A stretch of DNA of 37,837 nt from Nitrososphaera sp. (GTDB lineage: Archaea > Thermoproteota > Nitrososphaeria > Nitrososphaerales > Nitrososphaeraceae). Shown one piece after another: positions 1-8,403 of the stretch (positions within the stretch are counted from its first letter, which is position 1; every line of letters starts with the position of its first letter). The DNA lies in assembly GCA_025450475.1 (NCBI GenBank), contig JANWHJ010000038.1, positions 1-37,837 on the forward strand. Direction: 5' to 3'. A program made the position numbers and the translations under genes. A model generated the notes under the pieces. That model saw only the letters and a program-made list of their open reading frames with translations. It was not told the origin of the DNA and made no database searches.

Positions 1-128
1 CTGTCTCGCTCATTCCACACACACTCCGCATAACGACTTTTGGGTTGAGGCGCAATGGAGACAGGGTCAATATCGAGACCGACATTCTCGGCAAATACGT
101 TACTAGCAATCTACCAAGAATATGGTAA
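1..128 (+). CDS. ribE: Riboflavin synthase (bacterial-type alpha chain), 3' fragment truncated by window edge
   Basis: Frame from base 3 reads VSLIPHTLRITTFGLRRNGDRVNIETDILGKYVTSNLPRIW*. LIPHT...VNIETDILGKY is the typical C-terminus. Lies directly upstream of ribB/ribH. Confidence 0.9.
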   Translation, partial: VSLIPHTLRITTFGLRRNGDRVNIETDILGKYVTSNLPRIW

Positions 129-179
129 TAACCACAATTTTAGTAATCCTTTAATAACATTCGCCGACAAAGCTAGCCA

Positions 180-860
180 TTGCCTCTTGATGAAGCAATA
201 GCAGCCTTAAGTGCTGGCAAGTTCGTCCTCGTCCACGACGACAAGGGCCGTGAGAACGAGATAGACATGGTAGTGGCAGCAGAGCATATCACGCCGCAGC
301 ACCTTGCGACAATGCGCAATGAAGCTGGCGGCCTGGTGTGTCTTGCGATTGCAAACGAGATCACGGCAAAGCTGGGGCTAGTTTACATGCATGACATGAT
401 ATCCGGCATGGGCCAGGTGAACCCGATATTTTCAAAGTTGACAGAGGGCAAGGCGGCGTACGGCGACAAACCGTCGTTTTCGATTGCAGTCAACCATCGC
501 TCGACCTTCACCGGCATCACAGACCATGACCGGGCACTAACAATATCAAAGATGGCACAAGTCTGTAGGAACATTGATTCTGGCGGCGTTGATGAATTCG
601 CCAAGGACTTTCGCGCGCCGGGTCACGTACCGATCCTGATAGCGTCAAGACGTCTACTGCAAGACAGGATGGGTCACACCGAGCTCTGCGTTTACTTGGC
701 AAAGCTGGCAGGAATCATCCCCGCCGTGGCCATATGCGAAATGATGGACTCGGCCACACACGGGGCGTATTCGATTGAAGCCGCACAAGAGTACGCGGCT
801 CGATACAACATTCGATTAGTCGATGCGAGCGAGCTCAAAGCTCACGCCAAGGTGGCATAA
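180..860 (+). CDS. ribB: 3,4-dihydroxy-2-butanone-4-phosphate synthase
   Basis: Motifs DDKGRENEID, TGITDHDRALT, FRAPGHV, GHTE and ICEM; riboflavin operon context; TTG start. Confidence 0.95.
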   Translation: MPLDEAIAALSAGKFVLVHDDKGRENEIDMVVAAEHITPQHLATMRNEAGGLVCLAIANEITAKLGLVYMHDMISGMGQVNPIFSKLTEGKAAYGDKPSFSIAVNHRSTFTGITDHDRALTISKMAQVCRNIDSGGVDEFAKDFRAPGHVPILIASRRLLQDRMGHTELCVYLAKLAGIIPAVAICEMMDSATHGAYSIEAAQEYAARYNIRLVDASELKAHAKVA

Positions 861-866
861 ACAACA

Positions 867-1334
867 TTGATTAGTCTTGCAATAGTAGTTTCCGAATTCA
901 ACAACGAAATAACATTCAAGATGCTCGAGCAGGCAAGAAGTCATGCGGACAAGGTGGGCGCAAGGGCAAGCTATGTCATGTACGTGCCTGGCACTTTTGA
1001 TATGCCACTTGCAGTCGAGCAACTGCTGAAAAAGAAAAATGTCGACGCTGTAGTCACGATTGGTGCAGTGATAAAAGGTGCCACCCGGCACGACGACATT
1101 GTCGCAGAAAACGCGGCACGGCTGATATCCGATCTTTCATTAAAGCATGGCAAGCCGGTTGCACTTGGTATAAGCGGGCCCGGCATGACGATTAACCAGG
1201 CAAGGAAGCGGACACGGCTCGTGCCGGTTAGAGCTGTAAGTGCGGCCGTCAACATGGTACTTCGTTTGAGAAAGCTACAAAAGGCAGTCAGCGGGGAAAC
1301 TGTGGTAATAGATGATACAGCTGACAATAGTTAG
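867..1334 (+). CDS. ribH: 6,7-dimethyl-8-ribityllumazine synthase
   Basis: IVVSEFN, VPGTFDMP, GAVIKGATRHD and KPVALGI motifs. Confidence 0.93.
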   Translation: MISLAIVVSEFNNEITFKMLEQARSHADKVGARASYVMYVPGTFDMPLAVEQLLKKKNVDAVVTIGAVIKGATRHDDIVAENAARLISDLSLKHGKPVALGISGPGMTINQARKRTRLVPVRAVSAAVNMVLRLRKLQKAVSGETVVIDDTADNS

Positions 1335-2061
1335 GATCGAAGGCTATGGACCTTGGACGGTCACGCTCGGGAGCGACAGGGAGGCGCAGCTCCAAATGTT
1401 GCAAGCGAAAATATATCATGACGTCCAGCGGCTCTTTTCAGCCAAAGATGGCATCGTCTTCTTTAACCGATTTGACGAATATTTTGCCATAACAAATGGG
1501 CTTGACGCTGAGGACCATCGGGAGATACAGCGCGAGCTGGCCAAGACCTACAAAGACCTTTCAATGTCGATGGCAATCGGTGCAGGCAAGACGGCGTTTG
1601 AAGCAAATCTGGATGCTTACCGCGCAAGAAAAGAAGACAACATGCTCGACGGCCGCGCAAGGATATTTGGCAATGTGCACGGCGCTGACGTCGCACAGAT
1701 AATGCACATCGACGTCGACAGCTCGACAAAGGTGGGCGACAGGCTGTCACCCTACGAGGTAACGGCGCTTGTCATAAAGATCTACAGCAGACTGTCAGAA
1801 GAGTTCCTGAAACACAATTCGCTTGCGTTCTTTCTTGGCGGCGACAACGTTATGGTAATTTCCAATGGCATGACGAAAGAGCAGGCAGACGAAGCGATAA
1901 AGAAGGTTACGGCCGGAATCGACATCAAGCTCAATTGCGGGATCGGCATCGGCAGGACCGGCAGAAGAGCTGCAGAAGCGGCCACAAAGGCGCTTGACAC
2001 AATAAGGGACATGCGCAAAGAAGGAAAAATCCAAACAATATACGAGATAAGATGTCCTTAG
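1312..2061 (+). CDS. gch3: GTP cyclohydrolase III (archaeal)
   Basis: YGPWTVTLGSDRE..LQMLQ, RFD, HIDVD and FFLGGDN motifs; overlaps ribH end. Confidence 0.92.
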   Translation: MIQLTIVRIEGYGPWTVTLGSDREAQLQMLQAKIYHDVQRLFSAKDGIVFFNRFDEYFAITNGLDAEDHREIQRELAKTYKDLSMSMAIGAGKTAFEANLDAYRARKEDNMLDGRARIFGNVHGADVAQIMHIDVDSSTKVGDRLSPYEVTALVIKIYSRLSEEFLKHNSLAFFLGGDNVMVISNGMTKEQADEAIKKVTAGIDIKLNCGIGIGRTGRRAAEAATKALDTIRDMRKEGKIQTIYEIRCP

Positions 2062-3245
2062 CCTTAACTGACGTCAGCCTGCTGTTGGGCAGAGAGCTCG
2101 ACTATGTCCAGCGGGGCTTTATTGAAATTGTAAGAGGAAAGATCAAAAGCGCAGGTTCCGGTAGCTACCGAGGCGCCGTCAAAAAACTAGACGCAAAAGG
2201 ATTTTTGATAATGCCGGGCTTTATCAACGCACATACGCATGTGGCTGACTCGATAGGGAAAGACATTGCCGCCGGCCGCCGGCTCGATGCGCGAGTCCAT
2301 CCAATATTTGGGGCAAAAAAGAGGATTCTGCAAAGGAGCAAGCCTGAGCACCTGAAGGCGTTTATCAGGAGTTCCGCGATGTCGATGATGAAAAAAGGAA
2401 TTGTTGCCTTTGCCGACTTTCGCGAAGACGGGCCAGAGGGAGTAAGACTTTTGAAAGAAGCGATCACCGGCTTGCCGATAAAATGCGTGGTGCTTGGCAG
2501 AACCAACCATTACGGCAGCCCAATAGACACAGCCGGCTTGCCGCTCGAAGCAATGGAGCAAGCGCGCCAGGTGTTGAAGATGTCAGATGGGTTGGGGATA
2601 AGCGGCGCAAACGAAAACAGTGCAGCAGCCCTTGCGCAATACAGGCAGCTAGGAAGAAAAAAACTTGTTGCTATACACGCCGCCGAGTCAATGGAGACAG
2701 TCGAGTTTTCGAAAGAACATACAAAAAGGAGCGAAGTCGCCAGAATAATGGAGCACCTGAAGCCTGACTTTGTGGTGCATATGACAAACGCGACGAAAAA
2801 CGAAATTTCGCTTGTTGCAAAGAGTGGAACTGGTATTGTAGTCTGCCCGAGGGCAAATGGCGTGCTTGGTGTAGGAATGCCAAGGGTAGCCCAGATGCTC
2901 AGGCAGGGCTGCCTGTTGGCCATTGGCACAGACAACGTGATGCTCAACTCTCCGGACATCTTGAGAGAGCTCGATTACGTCTGGAAGGCGTCGGGGGCAA
3001 CCGAAGGTGAAATGATTGAGCCCCGGCAGCTGTTGAAAATGGTCACTGTAAACCCGGCTCATATGCTCCGACTTAATTCTGGTTGGATTGAGGAAGGCCG
3101 CGCAGCAGACCTGATATTCATTGACAAAAGACATGCGGACATCTACCCTTTGCACGACCCATACGCGGCGATGGTTCACAGATTGAGCGAGAGCTCGATC
3201 AGGGCAGTAATGATCGACGGGCTATTCGTGGAGACAATGAATTGA
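2052..3245 (+). CDS. Metal-dependent amidohydrolase, deaminase-like, inside the riboflavin operon
   Basis: PGFINAHTH (HxH), IHAAES (HxxE), VHMT and GTDN metal ligands; overlaps both neighbours. Confidence 0.88.
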   Translation: MSLALTDVSLLLGRELDYVQRGFIEIVRGKIKSAGSGSYRGAVKKLDAKGFLIMPGFINAHTHVADSIGKDIAAGRRLDARVHPIFGAKKRILQRSKPEHLKAFIRSSAMSMMKKGIVAFADFREDGPEGVRLLKEAITGLPIKCVVLGRTNHYGSPIDTAGLPLEAMEQARQVLKMSDGLGISGANENSAAALAQYRQLGRKKLVAIHAAESMETVEFSKEHTKRSEVARIMEHLKPDFVVHMTNATKNEISLVAKSGTGIVVCPRANGVLGVGMPRVAQMLRQGCLLAIGTDNVMLNSPDILRELDYVWKASGATEGEMIEPRQLLKMVTVNPAHMLRLNSGWIEEGRAADLIFIDKRHADIYPLHDPYAAMVHRLSESSIRAVMIDGLFVETMN

Positions 3246-3916
3246 AGGTAACTATTAACGGCGCAATGACGGTTGACGGCAAGATAGCCACAACAAGTGG
3301 CGACTCGAAGATTTCTTCAAAGGAAGACCTCCTGCGCGTCCACAAGCTGCGCGCTTCTGTCGACGCAATTGTAGTGGGCATTTCGACTATCTTGGCAGAC
3401 GACCCCCGGCTTACAGTCAGGTTGGTCAAGGGCAAAAACCCAGCTAGAGTAATAGTTGACAGCAAGGGAAGGATTCCGATCGATTCGCAGATAATGCGCA
3501 CGGCATCGAAGATCAGGACCATAGTGGCGGTAACGGATCAGACGCCGGAAGAAAAAATATACAAACTAGAAGAAGCAGGTGCTCAGGTGCTGGTTATGAG
3601 TGAAGGGAAAAAGGGACAAAGTGCAGCTGTGTCTCACGGTGTCAATCTGAAGAATCTCTTCCGCAGACTGGAAAAGATGGGGCTGAGAAGGATATTGGTT
3701 GAAGGAGGGGGCGAGCTTAACTGGTCCCTTTTGCGTCTCGGGCTTGTCGACGACCTGACTGTAACTATTTCCCCCAAGATTGCCGGAGGCCGGCTCGCGA
3801 CCACGCTCGTCGAGGGCGACGGCTTTGACAAAATTTCCCAGGGGATCAGACTGGTGCTATGGCGGTTGGAGCAAAAAAACACTGATGAGCTTGTCTTACA
3901 CTACAAGCTGTCCTGA
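3242..3916 (+). CDS. arfC: 2,5-diamino-6-(ribosylamino)-4(3H)-pyrimidinone 5'-phosphate reductase (stand-alone RibD C-terminal domain)
   Basis: AMTVDGKIAT, VHKLRA..DAIVVG..TILADDPRLTVR and LVEGGG motifs; no N-terminal deaminase domain; TTG start overlaps upstream TGA. Confidence 0.92.
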   Translation: MKVTINGAMTVDGKIATTSGDSKISSKEDLLRVHKLRASVDAIVVGISTILADDPRLTVRLVKGKNPARVIVDSKGRIPIDSQIMRTASKIRTIVAVTDQTPEEKIYKLEEAGAQVLVMSEGKKGQSAAVSHGVNLKNLFRRLEKMGLRRILVEGGGELNWSLLRLGLVDDLTVTISPKIAGGRLATTLVEGDGFDKISQGIRLVLWRLEQKNTDELVLHYKLS

Positions 3917-3952
3917 ATACTACACGCCTTCAGACAAGTTATTGAACCAGGA

Positions 3953-4192
3953 GTGACAATCGTTAGTATAGGATTGCATTCATTGACAAAACAGGTATTC
4001 TCTTGCGATTGCGGCAACGTGATGGAATGCATTATTGAAGACGATGTAATAAAGCCGAAATATAGGAGCATTTCTGGCAACGTTAGAATTCGATGTAATG
4101 ACTGCGGCAAAGAACAAGCGGTTTTTCTAAAGTACAAGATTGCAAAGTTTGTTGGGGCCTCACCGTCATTTAAAGAATTTCATCATGATTGA
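3953..4192 (+). CDS. Small putative zinc-binding protein
   Basis: CDC...CNDC Cys pairs; fills the gap after the reductase; start uncertain. Confidence 0.55.
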   Translation: MTIVSIGLHSLTKQVFSCDCGNVMECIIEDDVIKPKYRSISGNVRIRCNDCGKEQAVFLKYKIAKFVGASPSFKEFHHD

Positions 4193-4428
4193 TCCGCCCT
4201 ATCTCTCAAGCTTAGGCGTCTAAGGATCTCCTTAGAAATTTCTTCATGCTTTATCTGCTCACCTCGCCGTCCTGGCGTGATGAGCTCTTGACGTTTGACG
4301 CTCTTTACTTCGTCGGCCAGCTCGTCAAGCCCAAAATGCGGGTTAACAGAAAATTGCATCTTTTTCATCCGCAGCTCATGCGCATATCTTTCCCTGAATT
4401 CCTTTTCTTCCTGAGTATCATGAAGCAT
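4183..4428 (-). CDS. Hypothetical charged helical protein downstream of tfb
   Basis: Open frame MLHDTQEEKEFRERYAHEL...; ATG at 4428 just after the tfb stop (ORF track extends to 4440). Confidence 0.6.
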   Translation of the reverse strand: MLHDTQEEKEFRERYAHELRMKKMQFSVNPHFGLDELADEVKSVKRQELITPGRRGEQIKHEEISKEILRRLSLRDRADQS

Positions 4429-4445
4429 ACCACAATTCACCTGAA

Positions 4446-5345
4446 CTAGTTCAGACCGAGCCTGATCTTGAGGTCTTTAACCCTGTTTCGTATGGTCACT
4501 TCTGTCACACCAGCTGCTTCTGCGATGTCTTTCTGAGTGACGTGCTCGCCGTTGCGTAAACAAGACAGATAAAGAACCGTTGCTGCAAGTCCCATCGGAC
4601 CCTTTCCAGCAGATATTTCTTTTCTGGTAAGATCGCTCATAGTGCTCATCGCCATCCTCTTTGTTTTCTCGCTGAGTCTAGCCTTGTTTGCTATCTTGGC
4701 AACACATTTCATAGGATCTACAAGAGGCATCTTTATGTCGAGTTCACTGACGAGCAGCCTATAACTGCGGGTGATAATCTTGCGTTTGACATTGGTGATC
4801 TCTATTACCTCCGCAAGTGATCTTGAAGCGCTCATCTCCCTGCATGCAATGTAAATAGCCGCAGCAAGTATCGAAGATATAGACCTCCCCCTTACTAGTT
4901 GTTTTTCCTGGGCCTTTCTGTAGATATAAGCTGTCTTTTCGATTATTGCGTCTGATAGTCCAAGTTTATCCTTTACCCTGTCAAGCTCATTAAAAGCCCG
5001 TATTAGATTTCTATCAGCTGCCGTATGTGCCTGCGTCCTGAAATCCCATGTCCTCAACCTCTGAATTGTCGAAAGCATGGACGAATCTAACTTGCGCCCA
5101 CTGGAGTCACTGTTGGTCTTGCCTATGACCGTAGACAATCCCATATCATGGTAAGCTAAAGAAGCCGGGGATCCAGTCCTTACCCTGTCATTCTTTTCAA
5201 AGTCAAAGTTTCGCCACTCTGCTCTGCCTTCTGCTACCTTATCTGCGAATACGAGGCCGCAACAGCTACACACCAGCTCACCAGACTCTGGATCCGTAAT
5301 AGGCCGGTCATTTTTGCACGCGGAACACAGGATTGAAGTTTGCAT
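4446..5345 (-). CDS. tfb: Transcription initiation factor B (TFB paralogue)
   Basis: N-terminal Zn ribbon CSAC...CSCCG, EWRNF, two cyclin repeats, GRS motif, C-terminal HTH TQKDIAEAAGVTEVTIRNR. Confidence 0.97.
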   Translation of the reverse strand: MQTSILCSACKNDRPITDPESGELVCSCCGLVFADKVAEGRAEWRNFDFEKNDRVRTGSPASLAYHDMGLSTVIGKTNSDSSGRKLDSSMLSTIQRLRTWDFRTQAHTAADRNLIRAFNELDRVKDKLGLSDAIIEKTAYIYRKAQEKQLVRGRSISSILAAAIYIACREMSASRSLAEVIEITNVKRKIITRSYRLLVSELDIKMPLVDPMKCVAKIANKARLSEKTKRMAMSTMSDLTRKEISAGKGPMGLAATVLYLSCLRNGEHVTQKDIAEAAGVTEVTIRNRVKDLKIRLGLN

Positions 5346-5483
5346 TACTATGAAGAAGTAAACGGCTTAAAGGTACATAGTATATACTCAGTCAGCTATA
5401 TTAAGTAGCAGTAATGATTTGGATGGCAATCCGGTTTGATCAAAATTAGAAGTAGCCCTGTAGCCACACAGTCAACACTAGCA

Positions 5484-7655
5484 TTACCGGTAGTGCGATA
5501 GCGCGAGGGTTTCTTTTGGCCTTGTTTCCCTTTGCGTCTTGATCTTTTTCACAGCGTCTTCAAAGTGGTGCATCATGACATACGCTTCTGAAGCGTGCTT
5601 TGCAGCTTCTTCCGGCGTCGAGTATTTCTTAAGGTACTCATGCAGCACAAGTGATATTGCAGTATTTACTATCGAAGCTGTGTCCGCGCCACTGAATCCT
5701 TCTGTCATTGTTTCCCCTATTTTCTGGATGTCAACATCCTGACCGATGGGTTTGCCTTTTGCTTGAATCTCTAGTATTCTCTTTCTTGCCAGGCTATCAG
5801 GATTCGGGACTAGAACTATTCGATCAAACCTACCAGGCCTCAAGAGCGCCGGATCAATCATGTCCGGCCTGTTAGTAGCGCCCAGCACCACAACTCCATT
5901 TAGTTCACTGATCCCGTCGATTTCCGTTAGAATCTGAGATACCATCCTCTCTGCGCCGCCCCCGCCACCTTCCCCTCCTCTTGTTGGAGCAATTGAATCA
6001 ATTTCGTCAAAGAATATCACACAGGGCGAAGCCTGACGTGCTCTTCTAAATATCTCCCTTATGCCCTTTTCCGATTCACCAATCCACTTTGATAACAATT
6101 CTGGACCCTTTACACTGATAAAGTTCGCTTCCGATTCTGTCGCAACTGCCTTTGCCAACAGAGTTTTTCCGGTTCCAGATGGCCCATGCAACAGAATGCC
6201 CTTTGGAGCCATGTGGCCCATGGCCGCATAAAGGCTCGGATATTTGAGTGGCCATTCGACAGCTTCCTGCAACTCTCGTTTCACTTCTTCAAGGCCGCCG
6301 ATATCCTCCCACTTTACATCCGGGGATTCTAGGAACACTTCTCTCATTGCCGAAGGCATGACGTCTTTTATTGCCAATTCAAAATCATTTTGTGTTACTA
6401 TGAGCTTGTCAAGGGTTTCTGGCGCAATCTTTTCCTCCTCCAAGTTCAGCTCAGGCAACACCCTTCGAAGACACTTCATAGCCGCTTCTTTGCAAAGGTA
6501 TTCCAGATCGGCTCCAACGAAACCATGGGTGACGGCTGCTATTCGCGCCTGGTCCACATCCTCTTCAAGTGGCATATTGCGGGTATGGATCTGCAGAATC
6601 TCCAAGCGTCCATTCTTGTCTGGAACCTTGATCTCGATCTCTCTGTCAAACCTGCCAGGTCTCCTTAGCGCGGGGTCGATCGCGTTCTGCCTGTTTGTCG
6701 CAGCAATGACGATGACTTTGCCCCTCGCTTCAAGGCCGTCCATCAGTGAGAGCAACTGCGATACAACTCTTCTTTCAACTTCGCCGGTCACTTCTTCTCT
6801 TTTGGGTGCGATAGAGTCGATCTCGTCAACGAAGATGATGCTGGGTGCCTTTTCTCTGGCTTCCTTGAATATTTCCCTCAAGCGGGCCTCGGATTCTCCA
6901 TAGAATTTGCTCATGATCTCCGGGCCGGAGATGCTGATAAAGTGCGAATTGCTCTCGCTTGCTACCGCTTTTGCGAGCAATGTCTTACCTGTGCCTGGCG
7001 GACCGTACAACAGCACCCCTTTTGGCGCTTCAATTCCCAGTTTTTCAAATATTTCCGGATGGCGCAGCGGCAGCTCTATCATCTCTCTGACTTTCTGCAT
7101 TTCGTCCCTCAAACCACCAATGTCTTCGTATGATACATGAGGCATACCCCGCAGACCTGCATCCTTTTCAGTTATAGTAAATGACGTCTTGTTGGTTATC
7201 AACACGGCATCGGCAGGGGGGCTTATCCCTACAATTTGGAAGGTAAGCCTTCCACCAAAATAAGGCACCATAACGTTATCACCCTTCACAACAGGCGTGC
7301 TTTCAAGAGCATCAGTGAGATAACGCTCATCTATGGGCGGTATTGCCTCAAGTGGAGACACCATGACTTTTTCTGCTGAAACAATCTTGATCTTCTTTGC
7401 ATTTATTGTGTCACCTATCGCTATTCCCGCATTATTTCTCATCAAGCCGTCGACTCTCATGATTCCTTTCCCCTCGTCTGAGGGGTAAAGGGGCAGGCAT
7501 TTAGCCACTGTCCTCCTTTTGCCCTTTATTTCGATAATATCGCCTGTCACAGCCTCCAAAGATTTCATAGTGTCATAGTCAATCCTTGCCGTTCCCCTGC
7601 CAACATCTCGTGTATAGGCTTCAAGTACCTTTAATGATACGGTATTCTGGTTCAT
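5484..7655 (-). CDS. cdc48: Cdc48/p97/VAT AAA+ ATPase
   Basis: N domain plus two AAA modules ([14 protein letters not shown] and [14 protein letters not shown]), RPGRFDR arginine fingers; C-terminus SHYR. Confidence 0.97.
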   Translation of the reverse strand: MNQNTVSLKVLEAYTRDVGRGTARIDYDTMKSLEAVTGDIIEIKGKRRTVAKCLPLYPSDEGKGIMRVDGLMRNNAGIAIGDTINAKKIKIVSAEKVMVSPLEAIPPIDERYLTDALESTPVVKGDNVMVPYFGGRLTFQIVGISPPADAVLITNKTSFTITEKDAGLRGMPHVSYEDIGGLRDEMQKVREMIELPLRHPEIFEKLGIEAPKGVLLYGPPGTGKTLLAKAVASESNSHFISISGPEIMSKFYGESEARLREIFKEAREKAPSIIFVDEIDSIAPKREEVTGEVERRVVSQLLSLMDGLEARGKVIVIAATNRQNAIDPALRRPGRFDREIEIKVPDKNGRLEILQIHTRNMPLEEDVDQARIAAVTHGFVGADLEYLCKEAAMKCLRRVLPELNLEEEKIAPETLDKLIVTQNDFELAIKDVMPSAMREVFLESPDVKWEDIGGLEEVKRELQEAVEWPLKYPSLYAAMGHMAPKGILLHGPSGTGKTLLAKAVATESEANFISVKGPELLSKWIGESEKGIREIFRRARQASPCVIFFDEIDSIAPTRGGEGGGGGAERMVSQILTEIDGISELNGVVVLGATNRPDMIDPALLRPGRFDRIVLVPNPDSLARKRILEIQAKGKPIGQDVDIQKIGETMTEGFSGADTASIVNTAISLVLHEYLKKYSTPEEAAKHASEAYVMMHHFEDAVKKIKTQRETRPKETLALSHYR

Positions 7656-7912
7656 TACTTGCCTTTATGTAGGCCTGCAACCACTAATCAATCTTTAGAG
7701 ACCGTGACTCAACACTTGTAGCTTTGCGATCCCACATAATCAACCTTTGATGTATGTTTGTGACACAGTGAAAAACAAGAAAGGGAAACTAATGATCATG
7801 TGTCACCGGCGCTGCGAACTTGTAACGAACTTCAAAGCCCGTCAAATGAATAGAACATCACTGTAGCTTATTAAGTCCATGACGACAATTCACATCAACG
7901 GATAGAACGCCT

Positions 7913-8071
7913 TTGGTTAAATGGAGCTACATCGTGACTTGTAAAAACTGTGGGTACATTTCGGCAGAAAAGCTCCCTGAAAAGGAATCTAAGGACCTCA
8001 TGCATGCACATGCACGCAATAACCCAAGTTGCACCATCGGCCATATCAAATTGATGAAAGTGAGGACCTAG
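7913..8071 (+). CDS. 52-aa putative zinc-finger microprotein (not in ORF track)
   Basis: TTG start; MVKWSYIVTCKNCGYISAEKLPEKESKDLMHAHARNNPSCTIGHIKLMKVRT*; CxxC plus His/Cys ligands; TATA-like CTTATTAAG at 7867-7875. Confidence 0.6.
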   Translation: MVKWSYIVTCKNCGYISAEKLPEKESKDLMHAHARNNPSCTIGHIKLMKVRT

Positions 8072-8079
8072 ACTATTGG

Positions 8080-8289
8080 CTAGGCGACGCCTGCCTTCCG
8101 ATACAGCATCCTCACACATTCAGAATATGTACGGTATTTGAACTTGATTTCGTCTACGGGGCTATCTTCATTCAAGAGATTTCCTGCCGGATCAATCTTG
8201 TATTTCTTTCCAATATCTTTCAAGATCGTATTTACCGTAGAATTCTGATACGACTCTACGATCAATTCTGCCACAATGCATGTTACCAC
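8080..8289 (-). CDS. Hypothetical small protein
   Basis: 69-aa open frame with globular composition, convergent with 7913..8071; no recognised motif. Confidence 0.45.
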   Translation of the reverse strand: MVTCIVAELIVESYQNSTVNTILKDIGKKYKIDPAGNLLNEDSPVDEIKFKYRTYSECVRMLYRKAGVA

Positions 8290-8403
8290 AGGTTGAATAT
8301 CAAACTATCCCATTCCTAGACAAGCAAAAACAGGTCCGGTTGTATTCACTTGCCATAATTCCATAGCACTTTTTAACGTGTCATTCCATACTGCATTCCA
8401 TAC

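Noticed and set aside
6244-6903. Long antisense ORFs (also 16066..16722, 28889..29524, 30198..30941, 31540..32220, 35014..35724)
   Set aside because: Shadow frames opposite well-supported genes, with no motifs.
7759-7806. GTGACAC...GTGTCAC inverted repeat upstream of cdc48
   Set aside because: Long unpaired spacer, single occurrence, no transposase or target-site duplication.
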